64,000 bases of DNA from Elusimicrobiota bacterium (GTDB taxonomy: Bacteria > Elusimicrobiota > Elusimicrobia > UBA1565), in NCBI GenBank assembly GCA_041650695.1, contig JBAZKS010000013.1, positions 8,600 to 72,599 on the forward strand. Reading direction: 5' to 3'. How positions within the stretch are numbered: the stretch's first letter is position 1; each line of letters opens with the position of its first letter. Under the pieces are notes generated by a model. It saw only the letters and a list, made by a program, of their open reading frames with translations. It did no database searches and was not told the DNA's origin. Positions 9,272 through 18,701 of the stretch are shown in pieces. The translations under genes were made by a program, and so were the position numbers.

Positions 9272-10666
9272 ATGGCGCAGAATGAATTGATCCTGGCCTT
9301 GGACCAGATCGAGCGCGAGAAGGGCGTCAAGAAGGAAGATGTCCTCGTCATGATCGAGGGAGCCATCGCGAGCGCTCTGCGCAAGCATATCGGCAGGAAC
9401 GCCAACATCATCTGCAACATCGACCGCGAGACGGCCAAGATCACCGCGTGCGTGCGCAAGAAGGTGGCGGAGACCGTGGCCGACGCCGAGCTCGAGATGA
9501 CTCTCGAGCAGGGCAAGCGCCACAAGAAGGACGCGGCGATCGGCGAGGACGTGGACATCCAGCTCGACCCCGAGGAGTTCGGCCGCATCGCGGCCCAGAC
9601 CGCGAAGCAGGTCCTCATCCAGAAGATCCGCGAGATCGAGCGCGACAACCTCTATGAGGAGTTCAAGCCCAAGGAAGGGGAGATGGCCTCCGGCCAGGTG
9701 CACCGCTACCTGGAGCGCAACATCATCGTGGATATGGGCAAGGCCGAAGCCATCCTGCCCGTGCGCGAGCAGATCCGGCGGGAGCGCTACGCCATCGGCG
9801 AGCGCGTCCGCGCCGTCATCCTGAAAGTGGACCGCGCGCAGCGAGGTCCCCAAGTCGTCCTCTCTAGAGCCGCGCCGCTCTTCCTGCGGCGCCTCCTGGA
9901 GATGGAGGTCCCGGAGGTCGGCGAGCGCGTCGTGGAGGTCCTCGACATCGTGCGCGACCCGGGCTTCCGCGCCAAGGTGGTGGTGCGCTCGAACAACCCG
10001 AAAGTGGACCCCGTGGGCGCCTGCGTGGGCATCCGGGGATCGCGCATCCGCTCCATCATGAACGAGCTCTCGGGCGAGCGCATCGACCTCATCCCCTTCT
10101 CCCCGGAGACGACTGTCTTCATCGCCAATTCCATCGCCCCGGGCAAGGCCAACTCCGTGCGCGTGCTCAGCGCCCCGGACCGCCAGGCCGAGATCATCGT
10201 GGGAGACGACCAGCTGGCATTGACCATCGGCAAGGACGGTCAGAACATCCGCCTCGCCTGCAAGCTGACCGGCTGGAACCTCACGGTCAAATCCGAGTCC
10301 CAGAAGGCGGAGGACGCGAGGCAGATCACGGAATCCAAGATGGCGGACCTGCGGGAGCTCGAGGGCATAGGCCCCAAGACCGCGGACGTGCTCATCAAGG
10401 CCGGCTTGGCCGACATCCGGCGATTGGCCACCTTCGAGGTGGACAACCTCACCACCCTGCAGGGCATCGGCGAGAAGACGGCCGCCAAGATCATCGAGAG
10501 CGCCAGGAAGTACGTGCAAGCGCATCCTTCGCCTGCGCCGGCCGCAGCGCCGCAGGCCGCAGCGCCGGAGGCGCCGGCCGAGGCCGCGCCTCCTGAGGCT
10601 CAGCCCCCTACGGGGAAGGAAGGACAGAACCCTTCGGGGGCCGCGGCTCCAGAGCCGCAGGAGTGA
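9272..10666 (+). CDS. nusA: Transcription termination/antitermination factor NusA
   Basis: MAQNELILALDQIEREKGV N-terminus with S1 and KH domains; GGAGGG RBS upstream. Confidence 0.93.
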   Translation: MAQNELILALDQIEREKGVKKEDVLVMIEGAIASALRKHIGRNANIICNIDRETAKITACVRKKVAETVADAELEMTLEQGKRHKKDAAIGEDVDIQLDPEEFGRIAAQTAKQVLIQKIREIERDNLYEEFKPKEGEMASGQVHRYLERNIIVDMGKAEAILPVREQIRRERYAIGERVRAVILKVDRAQRGPQVVLSRAAPLFLRRLLEMEVPEVGERVVEVLDIVRDPGFRAKVVVRSNNPKVDPVGACVGIRGSRIRSIMNELSGERIDLIPFSPETTVFIANSIAPGKANSVRVLSAPDRQAEIIVGDDQLALTIGKDGQNIRLACKLTGWNLTVKSESQKAEDARQITESKMADLRELEGIGPKTADVLIKAGLADIRRLATFEVDNLTTLQGIGEKTAAKIIESARKYVQAHPSPAPAAAPQAAAPEAPAEAAPPEAQPPTGKEGQNPSGAAAPEPQE

Positions 10667-10671
10667 CTCTT

Positions 10672-13257
10672 ATGACGACGGACAAGACCGAGAAGAAAAA
10701 GACGGTCAAGAAGCCGGCCGACAAACCGGCCAAGAAGCCCGCGGCGAAGAAGGCCGCCGGCGCCAAGAAGGCGTCCGCGAAAAAGGCGAAGAAGGCCGCG
10801 GTCGAGGGAGTGCGCCACGCCTCGGCGGACTCCCGTTCCTCCCAGGAAGAAGGGTCCATCGCCCCGCCGACCACGCAGCTCGTGGACGCTTTCGCCAAGT
10901 TCCGCCAGATGGCGAAGACCCAGAGACGGCCGGCCCCGCCGCCTCCCAAGCCCGCGGCCCCCGCCCCGGCCCCTGGAGGAGCCGCGGCCGGACCCCTGCC
11001 GCAAGCCGGCGGCGCCGTCCCGGCCAAGACTCCGCTCCCGCTCAAGTCCGTCGCCGGCGCCCCTGCCGCCGTTCCGGCGGCTCCCCCGGTCCAGGCCCCG
11101 ACGCCGGCGGCCCCCGGCGTCCCCGGGGCGCATCCGGCGGCCAAGCCGGCGGTCCCCGTCAAGCCCGTCGCCGGCGCCCCTGCCGCCGCTCCGACGGCTC
11201 CCCCGGCCCAGGCCCCGAAACCCGCGGCCCCCAAGCCGGGGACGACGGAACCCAGGGCCACGTACCGGCTCGATACCCCGGCCAGGCCCGGACCCGCGGC
11301 GCCGCCCAGACCCGGAGCCGCGCCGGCCAAGCCCGCGGCGAAGCCGCCGGCGCCCGCCCACCCGGGGCCGACGCACGCGGCCCCGAAGGCGCCGCATCAT
11401 CCGGCCCCTGCGCATAAGCCGGCCGCGGCGCCGAAAGCCGCCCCGGCGGCCAAGCCCGCCAAGCCGGCGGAGACGCAGCCTCCCGCGCTCAAGCCGCTGG
11501 AGGTCTCCACCCTGATCACCGTGCGCGAGCTCGCCGAGAAGATGTCCATGAAGCCCAACGAGCTCATCAAGAAGCTCATGATGCAGGGCGTCTTCGCCAC
11601 CATCAACCAGAGGCTCGACTCCGAGACCGCCATCATCGTGGCCTCCGAATTCGGCTACGACCTGAAGGTCAAGGCCCTGCACATGGAGGAGGAGATATCC
11701 TCCTCCGCGCAGGAGGACACGCCGCAGGACCTCAAACCCCGCCCGCCGGTGGTCACGGTCATGGGCCATGTGGACCACGGCAAGACCAAGCTCCTGGACG
11801 CCATCCGCCAGACCGACGTGGCCGCGGGAGAGGCCGGGGGCATCACGCAGCACATCGGCGCCTACCGGGTCGCCACGGACAAGGGCGACATCGTGTTCCT
11901 GGACACCCCGGGCCACGAGGCCTTCACGGCCATGCGCTCGCGCGGAGCCCGTGCCACGGACATCGTCATCCTCGTGGTCTCGGCCGCGGACGGGGTCCAG
12001 CCGCAGACGGTGGAGGCCATCGACCACGCCAAGGAAGCGAAGGTCCCAATCCTGGTGGCGGTCAACAAGATCGACCTCCCCGGCGCGGACCCGCAGCGGG
12101 TGCGCCAGGACCTCTCCAAGCACGGCCTGCTCCCCGAGGAATGGGGCGGCAAGACCATCTTCGTGGACATCTCGGCCAAGATGAAGCGCAACATCGACAA
12201 GCTGCTCGAGATGGTGCTCCTGCAGGCCGAGATGCTCGAGCTCAAGGCCAACCCGGACCGGGTCGCCTCGGGAGTGGTCATCGAGGCCAAGCTGGACACC
12301 AAGCGCGGCGCCGTGGCCACGGTGCTCGTGCAGAAGGGGACGATCCGGATCGGCGACCCCTTCGTCATGGGCCTGTCGGGCGGCAAGGTCCGCGCCCTGG
12401 TGACGGACAAGGGCGACCGCATCAAAGAGGCCGGGCCCTCCACCCCGGTGGAGATCATGGGGCTCTCCGGGAACATGCCCCAGGCCGGCGACACCTTCAC
12501 CGTGGTCGAGTCCGAGAGGACCGCGAAGGAGATCATCGAGAAGCGCAACCGCATCCACCGCGAGGAGGCCCTCGCGCACAAGCAGCACGTCTCGCTGCTC
12601 AACGTGAAGGCGGGAGTCCGCAAAGAACTCCCCGTCATCCTCAAAGCCGACGTGCAGGGCTCCGTCGAGGTCCTCAAGGACTCGCTCGAGAAGCTCTCCA
12701 CTTCGGACATCACGGTCCGCGTCATCCACTCGGGGCTCGGGAACGCGAACGAGTCCGACGTCCTTTTGGCCAGCGCCTCGGACGCCGTGGTCCTGCTCTT
12801 CCACGTGCAGGCCGACAGCCGCGCCAAGGAGACGGCTGAAAAAGCCGGCGTGGAGATCTGGCAGTACGACATCATCTACGACCTGACCGCGGACGTCAAA
12901 GCCTCTCTCGAGGGCCTGCTCGAGCCCGAGGAGGTCGAAGTCACGTGCGGCCGCGTCATGGTGCTAGACGAGTTCAAGGTCCGCAACAACCGCATCGCGG
13001 GCTGCCAGGTGCTCGAGGGCAAGGCCGTGCGCGGCGCGCGGGTCAAGTTCTTCCGCGGCAAGGAGCTCCTCGGCGAGGGCCGCATCGAGACCCTCAAGCG
13101 CCTCAAGGACGACGTCGCCTCGGTCGAGAAGTCCTCCTCCGACGAGAAGAGCCAGTGCGGCATGACGCTCTCCGGCTTCGCCGGCTGGCAGAAGACGGAC
13201 CAGATGGAGGTCCTCGTCAAGGAGAAGCGCGTCCGCCGCCTGGAGGGCTCTTCCTGA
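10672..13257 (+). CDS. infB: Translation initiation factor IF-2
   Basis: Lys-rich N-terminus, a Pro/Ala-rich linker carrying an internal ~40-aa duplication, and GTPase motifs ([17 protein letters not shown]). The ATG at 10672 has AGGAG 9 nt upstream; the track ORF begins at the GTG at 10663. Confidence 0.95.
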   Translation: MTTDKTEKKKTVKKPADKPAKKPAAKKAAGAKKASAKKAKKAAVEGVRHASADSRSSQEEGSIAPPTTQLVDAFAKFRQMAKTQRRPAPPPPKPAAPAPAPGGAAAGPLPQAGGAVPAKTPLPLKSVAGAPAAVPAAPPVQAPTPAAPGVPGAHPAAKPAVPVKPVAGAPAAAPTAPPAQAPKPAAPKPGTTEPRATYRLDTPARPGPAAPPRPGAAPAKPAAKPPAPAHPGPTHAAPKAPHHPAPAHKPAAAPKAAPAAKPAKPAETQPPALKPLEVSTLITVRELAEKMSMKPNELIKKLMMQGVFATINQRLDSETAIIVASEFGYDLKVKALHMEEEISSSAQEDTPQDLKPRPPVVTVMGHVDHGKTKLLDAIRQTDVAAGEAGGITQHIGAYRVATDKGDIVFLDTPGHEAFTAMRSRGARATDIVILVVSAADGVQPQTVEAIDHAKEAKVPILVAVNKIDLPGADPQRVRQDLSKHGLLPEEWGGKTIFVDISAKMKRNIDKLLEMVLLQAEMLELKANPDRVASGVVIEAKLDTKRGAVATVLVQKGTIRIGDPFVMGLSGGKVRALVTDKGDRIKEAGPSTPVEIMGLSGNMPQAGDTFTVVESERTAKEIIEKRNRIHREEALAHKQHVSLLNVKAGVRKELPVILKADVQGSVEVLKDSLEKLSTSDITVRVIHSGLGNANESDVLLASASDAVVLLFHVQADSRAKETAEKAGVEIWQYDIIYDLTADVKASLEGLLEPEEVEVTCGRVMVLDEFKVRNNRIAGCQVLEGKAVRGARVKFFRGKELLGEGRIETLKRLKDDVASVEKSSSDEKSQCGMTLSGFAGWQKTDQMEVLVKEKRVRRLEGSS

Positions 13258-13739
13258 TGCCGGGACACGCGTTCCAGCGCGCGGACCGCCTGCGCGAGCT
13301 CCTGCTGCAGGAGCTCGCGGGGCTCGTGCGCGAGCTCAAGGACCCTGGCCTGGCGGGCTTCCTGACCCTGACCGGGGTGGACCTCTCGACGGACCTCAAG
13401 TCCGCCAGGGTGTTCTACTCCCTGCTCGGGACCGATGAGGACCGCAAGAACACCCAGGAGGCTCTCGAGCGCTCGGCCGGGCACCTGCGGCGCCAGCTCT
13501 TCGGCCGGCTGCGCCTTAAGCGCATCCCCGCGCTGGTCTTCGCCTTCGACGCGACGCCGCGCGAGGCCGGCCGCGTCGACGCCCTGCTCGAAAGCCTCCA
13601 CCGGGGCGACCCGGCCCCCCAGAGCGGCCTGGACTCCTCGGACAAGTGGCTCGACTCCGTGGCCTCCGACGAATCCCGCCGCCAGAAGCGGAGGAGGCCG
13701 GGCGGGTCCAAGCGGCGCCCGGACGGCAGGCCCCGTTGA
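13257..13739 (+). CDS. rbfA: Ribosome-binding factor A with a basic C-terminal extension
   Basis: [21 protein letters not shown]... Its ATG overlaps the infB stop as ATGA. The long basic C-terminal tail overlaps the truB 5' region. Confidence 0.85.
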   Translation: MPGHAFQRADRLRELLLQELAGLVRELKDPGLAGFLTLTGVDLSTDLKSARVFYSLLGTDEDRKNTQEALERSAGHLRRQLFGRLRLKRIPALVFAFDATPREAGRVDALLESLHRGDPAPQSGLDSSDKWLDSVASDESRRQKRRRPGGSKRRPDGRPR

Positions 13740-14437
13740 GCGTGCTCCTTGAGAAGACGTCGGTCGCGGGCCTCCTTCTTGTCGACAAACCGCAGGGCTG
13801 GACCTCGCACGACGTGGTCGCGGCCGTGCGCAGGCTCCTCCCCAAGAAGACGCGCGTCGGGCACACCGGGACCCTGGACCCCATGGCCACGGGCCTGCTC
13901 GTGCTCCTGGTGGGACGCGCCACCAAGTCGGCCGCCCGGCACCAGGGCCTGGACAAGACCTACGAGGGGAGCATCCGGCTCGGCCTGGAGACGGATACCG
14001 GCGACCTGGACGGGAAGACCGTGAAGACCGCCCCGGTCCCCGGGTGCACGGCCCGCGACCTGCAGGCCGTGATGGATCGCTTCCACGGAGAGGTGGTGCT
14101 CCCCGTGCCGCAATACTCCGCGGTCAAGCGCGGCGGCAGGCCCCTTTACGAGTATGCCCGGCGAGGCCTCGAGGTGCCCGTCGTGTCGCGCGCCTCCCGC
14201 ATCTCCTCGTGGGAGCTGCGCTCCTGGGAGCCTCCGGAGGCCTCGTTCCGTCTGGACTGTTCGAGCGGGACGTACGCCAGGTCCCTGGCGGTCCTGCTCG
14301 GCAACGAGCTCGGCTGCGGCGGCACCCTCTCCCGGCTCCGCCGGGAGAGGGTCGGGCCGTTCTCCCTGCAAGACGCGAAGACGCTCGAGCAGCTCAAGGA
14401 TGACGGGGTCGAGGCTCATCTGCGGCATGAAGGCTGA
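13736..14437 (+). CDS. truB: tRNA pseudouridine(55) synthase TruB
   Basis: LLLVDKPQGWTSHDVV...GHTGTLDPMATGLLVLLVG is the TruB catalytic Asp motif. The start (TTG 13736 or GTG 13742) is uncertain and overlaps the rbfA stop. Confidence 0.85.
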   Translation: MSVLLEKTSVAGLLLVDKPQGWTSHDVVAAVRRLLPKKTRVGHTGTLDPMATGLLVLLVGRATKSAARHQGLDKTYEGSIRLGLETDTGDLDGKTVKTAPVPGCTARDLQAVMDRFHGEVVLPVPQYSAVKRGGRPLYEYARRGLEVPVVSRASRISSWELRSWEPPEASFRLDCSSGTYARSLAVLLGNELGCGGTLSRLRRERVGPFSLQDAKTLEQLKDDGVEAHLRHEG

Positions 14438-15425
14438 GTATCTCGTCACCATCGGCACCTTCGACGGGGTGCACCGCGGGCACCGGAAGCTGCTGCGCTG
14501 GGTCCGCATGTTCGCGCGGAGGCTCGGCCTTCGCACCCGGGTCGTGTTCTTCGCCGTCCCGCCGCGCTTCTTCCTCAAGCCCAGCCTTTCGGTGCCCCTC
14601 TTGACCACGAGCCGGGAGCGCTCCGCCATACTCAAGCGCCTGGGAGTGGACCGCGTCCAGATCCTGCGCTTCGGGCCCCGCTGGGCCCACATGGAGCACA
14701 CCCGCTTCTTCGAGGAGTACATCGTGCGGCGCTGGAAAGCCGGAGGGCTCCTGGTGGGCCGCGACTTCGCGTTCGGCAGGGGGCGCAAGGGCGACCTCGC
14801 CTACCTGCGCGGGGCTTGCGCGTCGCGCCGCATCCATCTGGACGTGCTGCCCTTGGTGCGGGTGAGGGGCAAGAAGATCTCGTCGTCGGATATACGCGCC
14901 CTGCTGGAAGCGGGGCGCGTGGATAGGGCCGCGGACCTCCTGGGACGCCCGTTCCAGGTCGCGGGCCGCGTGGTGCACGGGCAGGGCCTGGGCCGGCGCC
15001 TGGGATGTCCCACCGCGAACCTGCGCCTTCCCAAGGAGCACATGGTCCCTCCGGGAGTGTTCCGGGCGACGGTCCATGGACCGGGCCTGCACGCCATGCC
15101 GGCGGTCTGCAACGTGGGCCGGCGCCCCACCATACGCGGGGGCAGGCACCGGCTCGTCACCGAGGTGCACATCCTGGATTGGTCCGGCGACCTCTACGGA
15201 AAGACCCTGCGCGTGGAGTTCCTCGAACGGCTGCGGGGCGAGAAGAAGTTCAAGGACCTGGGATCGCTCAAAGCCCAGATCGCGAAGGACGTGGCGCGGG
15301 CTACTTGTGGTACGGGATGTTCCGCAGGATGCACCAGGCCCGGTAGAGCTGTTCCGCAGCCACCACCGCAGCCAGTTCATGCGGCAGGGTCGCGGGGCCG
15401 AAGCTCCATCGCAGCGCAGGTCTGA
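14427..15425 (+). CDS. ribF: Bifunctional riboflavin kinase/FAD synthetase
   Basis: MKAEYLVTIGTFDGVHRGH (FMN adenylyltransferase) plus a C-terminal riboflavin kinase domain (GRPTxRGG...VEFLERLRGEKKF). The ATG overlaps the truB stop. A ~40-aa non-homologous C-terminal tail runs into the convergent rlmH. Confidence 0.85.
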   Translation: MKAEYLVTIGTFDGVHRGHRKLLRWVRMFARRLGLRTRVVFFAVPPRFFLKPSLSVPLLTTSRERSAILKRLGVDRVQILRFGPRWAHMEHTRFFEEYIVRRWKAGGLLVGRDFAFGRGRKGDLAYLRGACASRRIHLDVLPLVRVRGKKISSSDIRALLEAGRVDRAADLLGRPFQVAGRVVHGQGLGRRLGCPTANLRLPKEHMVPPGVFRATVHGPGLHAMPAVCNVGRRPTIRGGRHRLVTEVHILDWSGDLYGKTLRVEFLERLRGEKKFKDLGSLKAQIAKDVARATCGTGCSAGCTRPGRAVPQPPPQPVHAAGSRGRSSIAAQV

Positions 15426-15708
15426 GGCGCTCGATATCCTCGGGGCGCAGCCCCTCGGCGGGGCCGATCACGACCTCCAAGGACTTGACCCCGGAAGACA
15501 GCTCCTTGCCGAGGAGCTCGCAGAGTTGCTCGGAGGACAACATCCGGGAACCCGGTCCTCTGTCGCACAGCCATATCCGCGTGCAGGGCGGAGTCCCGCC
15601 CTCCACGCGTGTTCTGCAGAACTTGTCCAGCCGGCGGACATAGTCGGAGAACATCTGGCCGGCACCGACGCTCCCGAAGAGCTTCGACCTTCGGGAGGAC
15701 GCCCACAT
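15301..15708 (-). CDS. rlmH: 23S rRNA (pseudouridine1915-N3)-methyltransferase RlmH
   Basis: The C-terminus LRPALRWSFGPATLPHELAAVVAAEQLYRAWCILRNIPYHK matches the RlmH/SPOUT C-terminal signature. It is the C-terminal part of track ORF 15301-16251. The N-terminus is short and divergent, so the start is uncertain and a frameshift is possible. Confidence 0.7.
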   Translation of the reverse strand: MWASSRRSKLFGSVGAGQMFSDYVRRLDKFCRTRVEGGTPPCTRIWLCDRGPGSRMLSSEQLCELLGKELSSGVKSLEVVIGPAEGLRPEDIERLRPALRWSFGPATLPHELAAVVAAEQLYRAWCILRNIPYHK

Positions 15709-15719
15709 CAATCGGAAAG

Positions 15720-16463
15720 TCAGTACCACACGGGCTCGCGCGCCTTGAGCTTGGCCGAAAACGCGGCGGCCAGGCCGGTGAAGGCGCCGCTCAGGGCCCC
15801 GTCCACGAACCTGGCCAAAGGAGGCAGGGGTCCGGGCGGCTGGAGCGGCGCGCGCAGCGCGGGGAAAGTCTGCGCCAGAAGGCCGTAGGCCAGGTAGGCC
15901 AAAACGGCGCCGGCCAGGGCCCCGAACCCGGCCGTCGCGTCGAACCCGGGGCCGCCCGCCTCGCTCGCGGCGCCGAGGAGCCAGACCGTGAGCCCCGAGG
16001 ACAGCGCGAGCAGGCCGAAGACGGTGCTGAACCAGCCGTAGTCGATCCCCCGGGCGAACTGGTCGTAGACCTCGATGCGCGAGCACACCGCCAGGGGCAA
16101 GGCGAAGCACGCGAAGAACACGACGAGGCCGAGCGCGGCCCCGTGGAACCGGCGCTTGCCCCGCATCAGCCCAGCGCCCAGGAAGGCGTAGTACAAGGCC
16201 GTGCTCAGCGCCCCGTAGAAGAACGAAGGGCCGAACGCGCCCCGCATCCACGCGCTGGAGGCGGGGACGGCCTTGAGCAGGCCGTAGACCGCCACGTGCC
16301 CGGCCGTCGCGCCGAGGAGCCCCCCCAGGAGCCCGCCCGCGGTCATGGCCGCGTAGGGCCGCTGCGGGATGATCGAAGGCTCCATCTCCGTGAGCGGCTC
16401 CTCGAACGGGGCCGCGCCGAAGGGTCCTAGCTCATCATCAGGGTCCGGCCGTCCTTTCCCCAT
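15720..16463 (-). CDS. Gly/Ala-rich multi-pass membrane protein, hypothetical
   Basis: 247 aa with roughly six hydrophobic helices carrying GxxxG motifs. It is the last gene of a four-gene overlapping operon. Confidence 0.6.
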   Translation of the reverse strand: MGKGRPDPDDELGPFGAAPFEEPLTEMEPSIIPQRPYAAMTAGGLLGGLLGATAGHVAVYGLLKAVPASSAWMRGAFGPSFFYGALSTALYYAFLGAGLMRGKRRFHGAALGLVVFFACFALPLAVCSRIEVYDQFARGIDYGWFSTVFGLLALSSGLTVWLLGAASEAGGPGFDATAGFGALAGAVLAYLAYGLLAQTFPALRAPLQPPGPLPPLARFVDGALSGAFTGLAAAFSAKLKAREPVWY

Positions 16464-16466
16464 GCC

Positions 16467-17225
16467 TCACTCCGATTCGAACGACTCCTCGTCGTACTTC
16501 GCCATCTTCAGGCCGAACTCCATGAGCTGCGTCTCCATCTCCACGAGCTGGACGTCCTGGCTCAGCTTGGCCAGGCGCTTGGACGCCTTCTTGGCCGCCG
16601 GACCCTTGGGGTCCAGGGCGCCCAAAAGCATCTGCAGGCGGGACTGCGCGCTCTTCATCTCGGAGACGATATCGCCGGCGGCCGCGAGCGCGGCCGTCTG
16701 GGCCTCATCGAGCGGCGGAGGCTGCCGCTTGTGCTTCCGCAGAGCCTCTTCGAAGTACTTGTCGGCGAGCCTGTGGTCGCCCCTCCTGTCCAGGACCCGG
16801 TAGGCGGCCTTCCGGCGCGCGAGGGACTCCCCCTCGAGGTCCGCCGTCTCCAGTTCCGCGGCGTCGGCCTTCTCCCGGAAAGCCTCCGCCTTGGTCTCCA
16901 GGAGGTCCGCGGAGAGCGACAAATCCTCCAGCCCCTCGTTCAGGTCCTCGGGATCCGCGGCGGCCCTCTTGAGCGCGGGGGCGAGTTCAGCCGCCGCTCC
17001 CTTCGCCGAGATGCGCCCGGCGTCGGCCAGCGCCAGCACGTTCGCGGCCGCGGCCTTGGCGTCCTTCACGCCGTTCGCCATGGCGCGCTCGAGGTTCGAA
17101 CGCTGCGCGGACCGCATCTCCTGGAGCATCTCCTGAGACTTGAACTCTTCGTCCTCCGCGGTCTGGGCGCTCCAGGCGGAGGGCGGGAGCAGGACGGCCG
17201 CGGCGATCAGTATCCGGATATTCAT
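16467..17225 (-). CDS. Secreted Ala-rich coiled-coil hypothetical protein
   Basis: Signal peptide MNIRILIAAAVLLPPSAWSAQ; the mature part is Ala/Glu/Lys-rich and helical. Its start overlaps the stop of the upstream gene by 4 nt. Confidence 0.6.
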   Translation of the reverse strand: MNIRILIAAAVLLPPSAWSAQTAEDEEFKSQEMLQEMRSAQRSNLERAMANGVKDAKAAAANVLALADAGRISAKGAAAELAPALKRAAADPEDLNEGLEDLSLSADLLETKAEAFREKADAAELETADLEGESLARRKAAYRVLDRRGDHRLADKYFEEALRKHKRQPPPLDEAQTAALAAAGDIVSEMKSAQSRLQMLLGALDPKGPAAKKASKRLAKLSQDVQLVEMETQLMEFGLKMAKYDEESFESE

Positions 17226-17992
17226 GGCATATCCCCCGTGCTCAGCCGGTTGTTCAGCTGATAGAGTATGCGCAGCTTGGAGAGTTCGGTCTCCAGGTCC
17301 ACGACGTCCGCGTCGATGCGGGAGAGGTCCTCGGCCACCAGATGACGGCCTCTGCGCTGGGCGCCGTTTTTATCCGCCTTCGGCGGAGGCATGGACTCCG
17401 CGGCCTCGGAGCGAAGACGGCGGATCTCGGTCAGGACGTCCTGGCCGAGAGAGACCACATGCTCCTGGGCGCGAGTCAAGGGCAGGCTCCCGAGCCGGCT
17501 CTCGATCCTCGCGAGGAAGGCCTGGGCCCGCCGCAGGCTGGAGCGGTTCGCGTCCCCGTCGTACTCCCCCCGCATGCGCCGGATCATCTCGAGCTGCTCG
17601 GCCGGGGAGTCCGGCACCGCGTCCCCGGCGGCCCGGACCTTCGAGGAGGCCCACAGCCGCGTCTTCAGCGGCGCCAGGGGGTCGTTCATCGCTCCGACCA
17701 TCTCGGAGTCGTCCCGCCATCGGCCCACGAGCTCGGAGACGCTCTCGTAGCGTCGCCGCGCGGCGGTCTGCCGGTCCTTCAGACCCCAGGTCCCGAAGCT
17801 CCAGCCCATGCGCCGGAACGACGCCTGCGCCGAGATCATGAGCAGCAGCGCGTAGGTCTGCCCGGAACGCACCTCCATGTGCGCGTCGTAGAGCATCTCG
17901 TCGACCGCGTCGCTCGGGAGCCTCTCCCCGAGCGTGGAGGCGCCTATAGGAGAGAGGAGGGACGACATCAAGAGGACCGCCGGCATCCGCAT
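17222..17992 (-). CDS. Secreted hypothetical protein
   Basis: Signal-peptide-like N-terminus MRMPAVLLMSSLLSPIGAST; translationally coupled to its neighbours. Confidence 0.55.
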   Translation of the reverse strand: MRMPAVLLMSSLLSPIGASTLGERLPSDAVDEMLYDAHMEVRSGQTYALLLMISAQASFRRMGWSFGTWGLKDRQTAARRRYESVSELVGRWRDDSEMVGAMNDPLAPLKTRLWASSKVRAAGDAVPDSPAEQLEMIRRMRGEYDGDANRSSLRRAQAFLARIESRLGSLPLTRAQEHVVSLGQDVLTEIRRLRSEAAESMPPPKADKNGAQRRGRHLVAEDLSRIDADVVDLETELSKLRILYQLNNRLSTGDMP

Positions 17993-18002
17993 GGGCGGTC
18001 CC

Positions 18003-18500
18003 CTACTTGCGGATCTGGGAGTTGAGCTGGGCCAGGCGGTCGTTCACGGCCGGCACCCCGAGCATCTCCTTCTCGAAGGAGAGCATGATCGTCTCCTCGA
18101 CGGGGAGCTTGAGCTGGTAGCGCTTCTCGACCGGGCTGTACTCGAACTGAGTGCCGTAGACCTGGGGCTGGCGGATGCTCATCAGGTAGCGGTCCAGTGA
18201 AGCGGCCAGCATCCAGCGGGACGTCCGGTGGCCGAGCAGGGCGGACAGGGTGGCCAGGCGGTGCGAGGTCAGGTAGTCCACGGGCCTTTCCCCGTGCTGG
18301 AAGATGACGGCCGCGTGGTAGAGGTCGTTCTTGGTCTTGACCTCCCCGAGTTCCATCATGACCATCACCCGCTTGCGTCGCGCGGTGTCGCGTTCCTTGA
18401 GAGTCGCGACCTGCTGCGGGTTGTCGTAGATCTTCTCGCGGTCCTTCTGGTCCTCTTGGAAGACTTCGACGAGCTTTAGATTATCGGTTTCCGGGGGCAT
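18003..18500 (-). CDS. Cytoplasmic hypothetical protein (DUF-like, 165 aa)
   Basis: No signal peptide and mixed composition; first gene of the operon. A TATAAT -10 on the minus strand at 18530-18535 lies about 30 nt upstream. Confidence 0.6.
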   Translation of the reverse strand: MPPETDNLKLVEVFQEDQKDREKIYDNPQQVATLKERDTARRKRVMVMMELGEVKTKNDLYHAAVIFQHGERPVDYLTSHRLATLSALLGHRTSRWMLAASLDRYLMSIRQPQVYGTQFEYSPVEKRYQLKLPVEETIMLSFEKEMLGVPAVNDRLAQLNSQIRK

Positions 18501-18607
18501 AGATCCTGCGGGCTAGGGCCCGCGATTTGATTATACTCTTTTAGCGCGTCGAGTATTCCCGCCAGTAGCTGAGCGTACCGGATAATCGTAGCCGCCTGGA
18601 TGGGAGA

Positions 18608-18627
18608 GACTGTGGTCGACCACAGTC
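18608..18627. promoter_or_regulatory. Perfect 20-bp palindrome GACTGTGGTCGACCACAGTC (motif copy a)
   Basis: 8-bp arms with a 4-nt spacer; it has the CTGT-N8-ACAG architecture. The same motif recurs at 45470-45489 and 57124-57143. Confidence 0.5.
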
Positions 18628-18701
18628 ATGGAGCCGGCGCCCATCCCGCGGACGGCGGAAGGTCCTGGCCGGACGATAGCGGCCAGGGGACCCGGACCGT
18701 C

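Noticed and set aside
10600-12804. 734-aa minus-strand ORF antisense to infB
   Set aside because: Extreme Gly/Arg repetitiveness that mirrors the Pro/Ala codons of infB on the other strand.
12945-13256. 5' part of track ORF 12945-13739 upstream of rbfA
   Set aside because: It overlaps the infB 3' end in another frame. The conserved RbfA sequence begins at the ATG at 13257, which overlaps the infB stop.
13415-14788. 457-aa minus-strand ORF antisense to rbfA and truB
   Set aside because: Arg/Pro/Ser-rich with no domain signal, opposite two well-supported genes.
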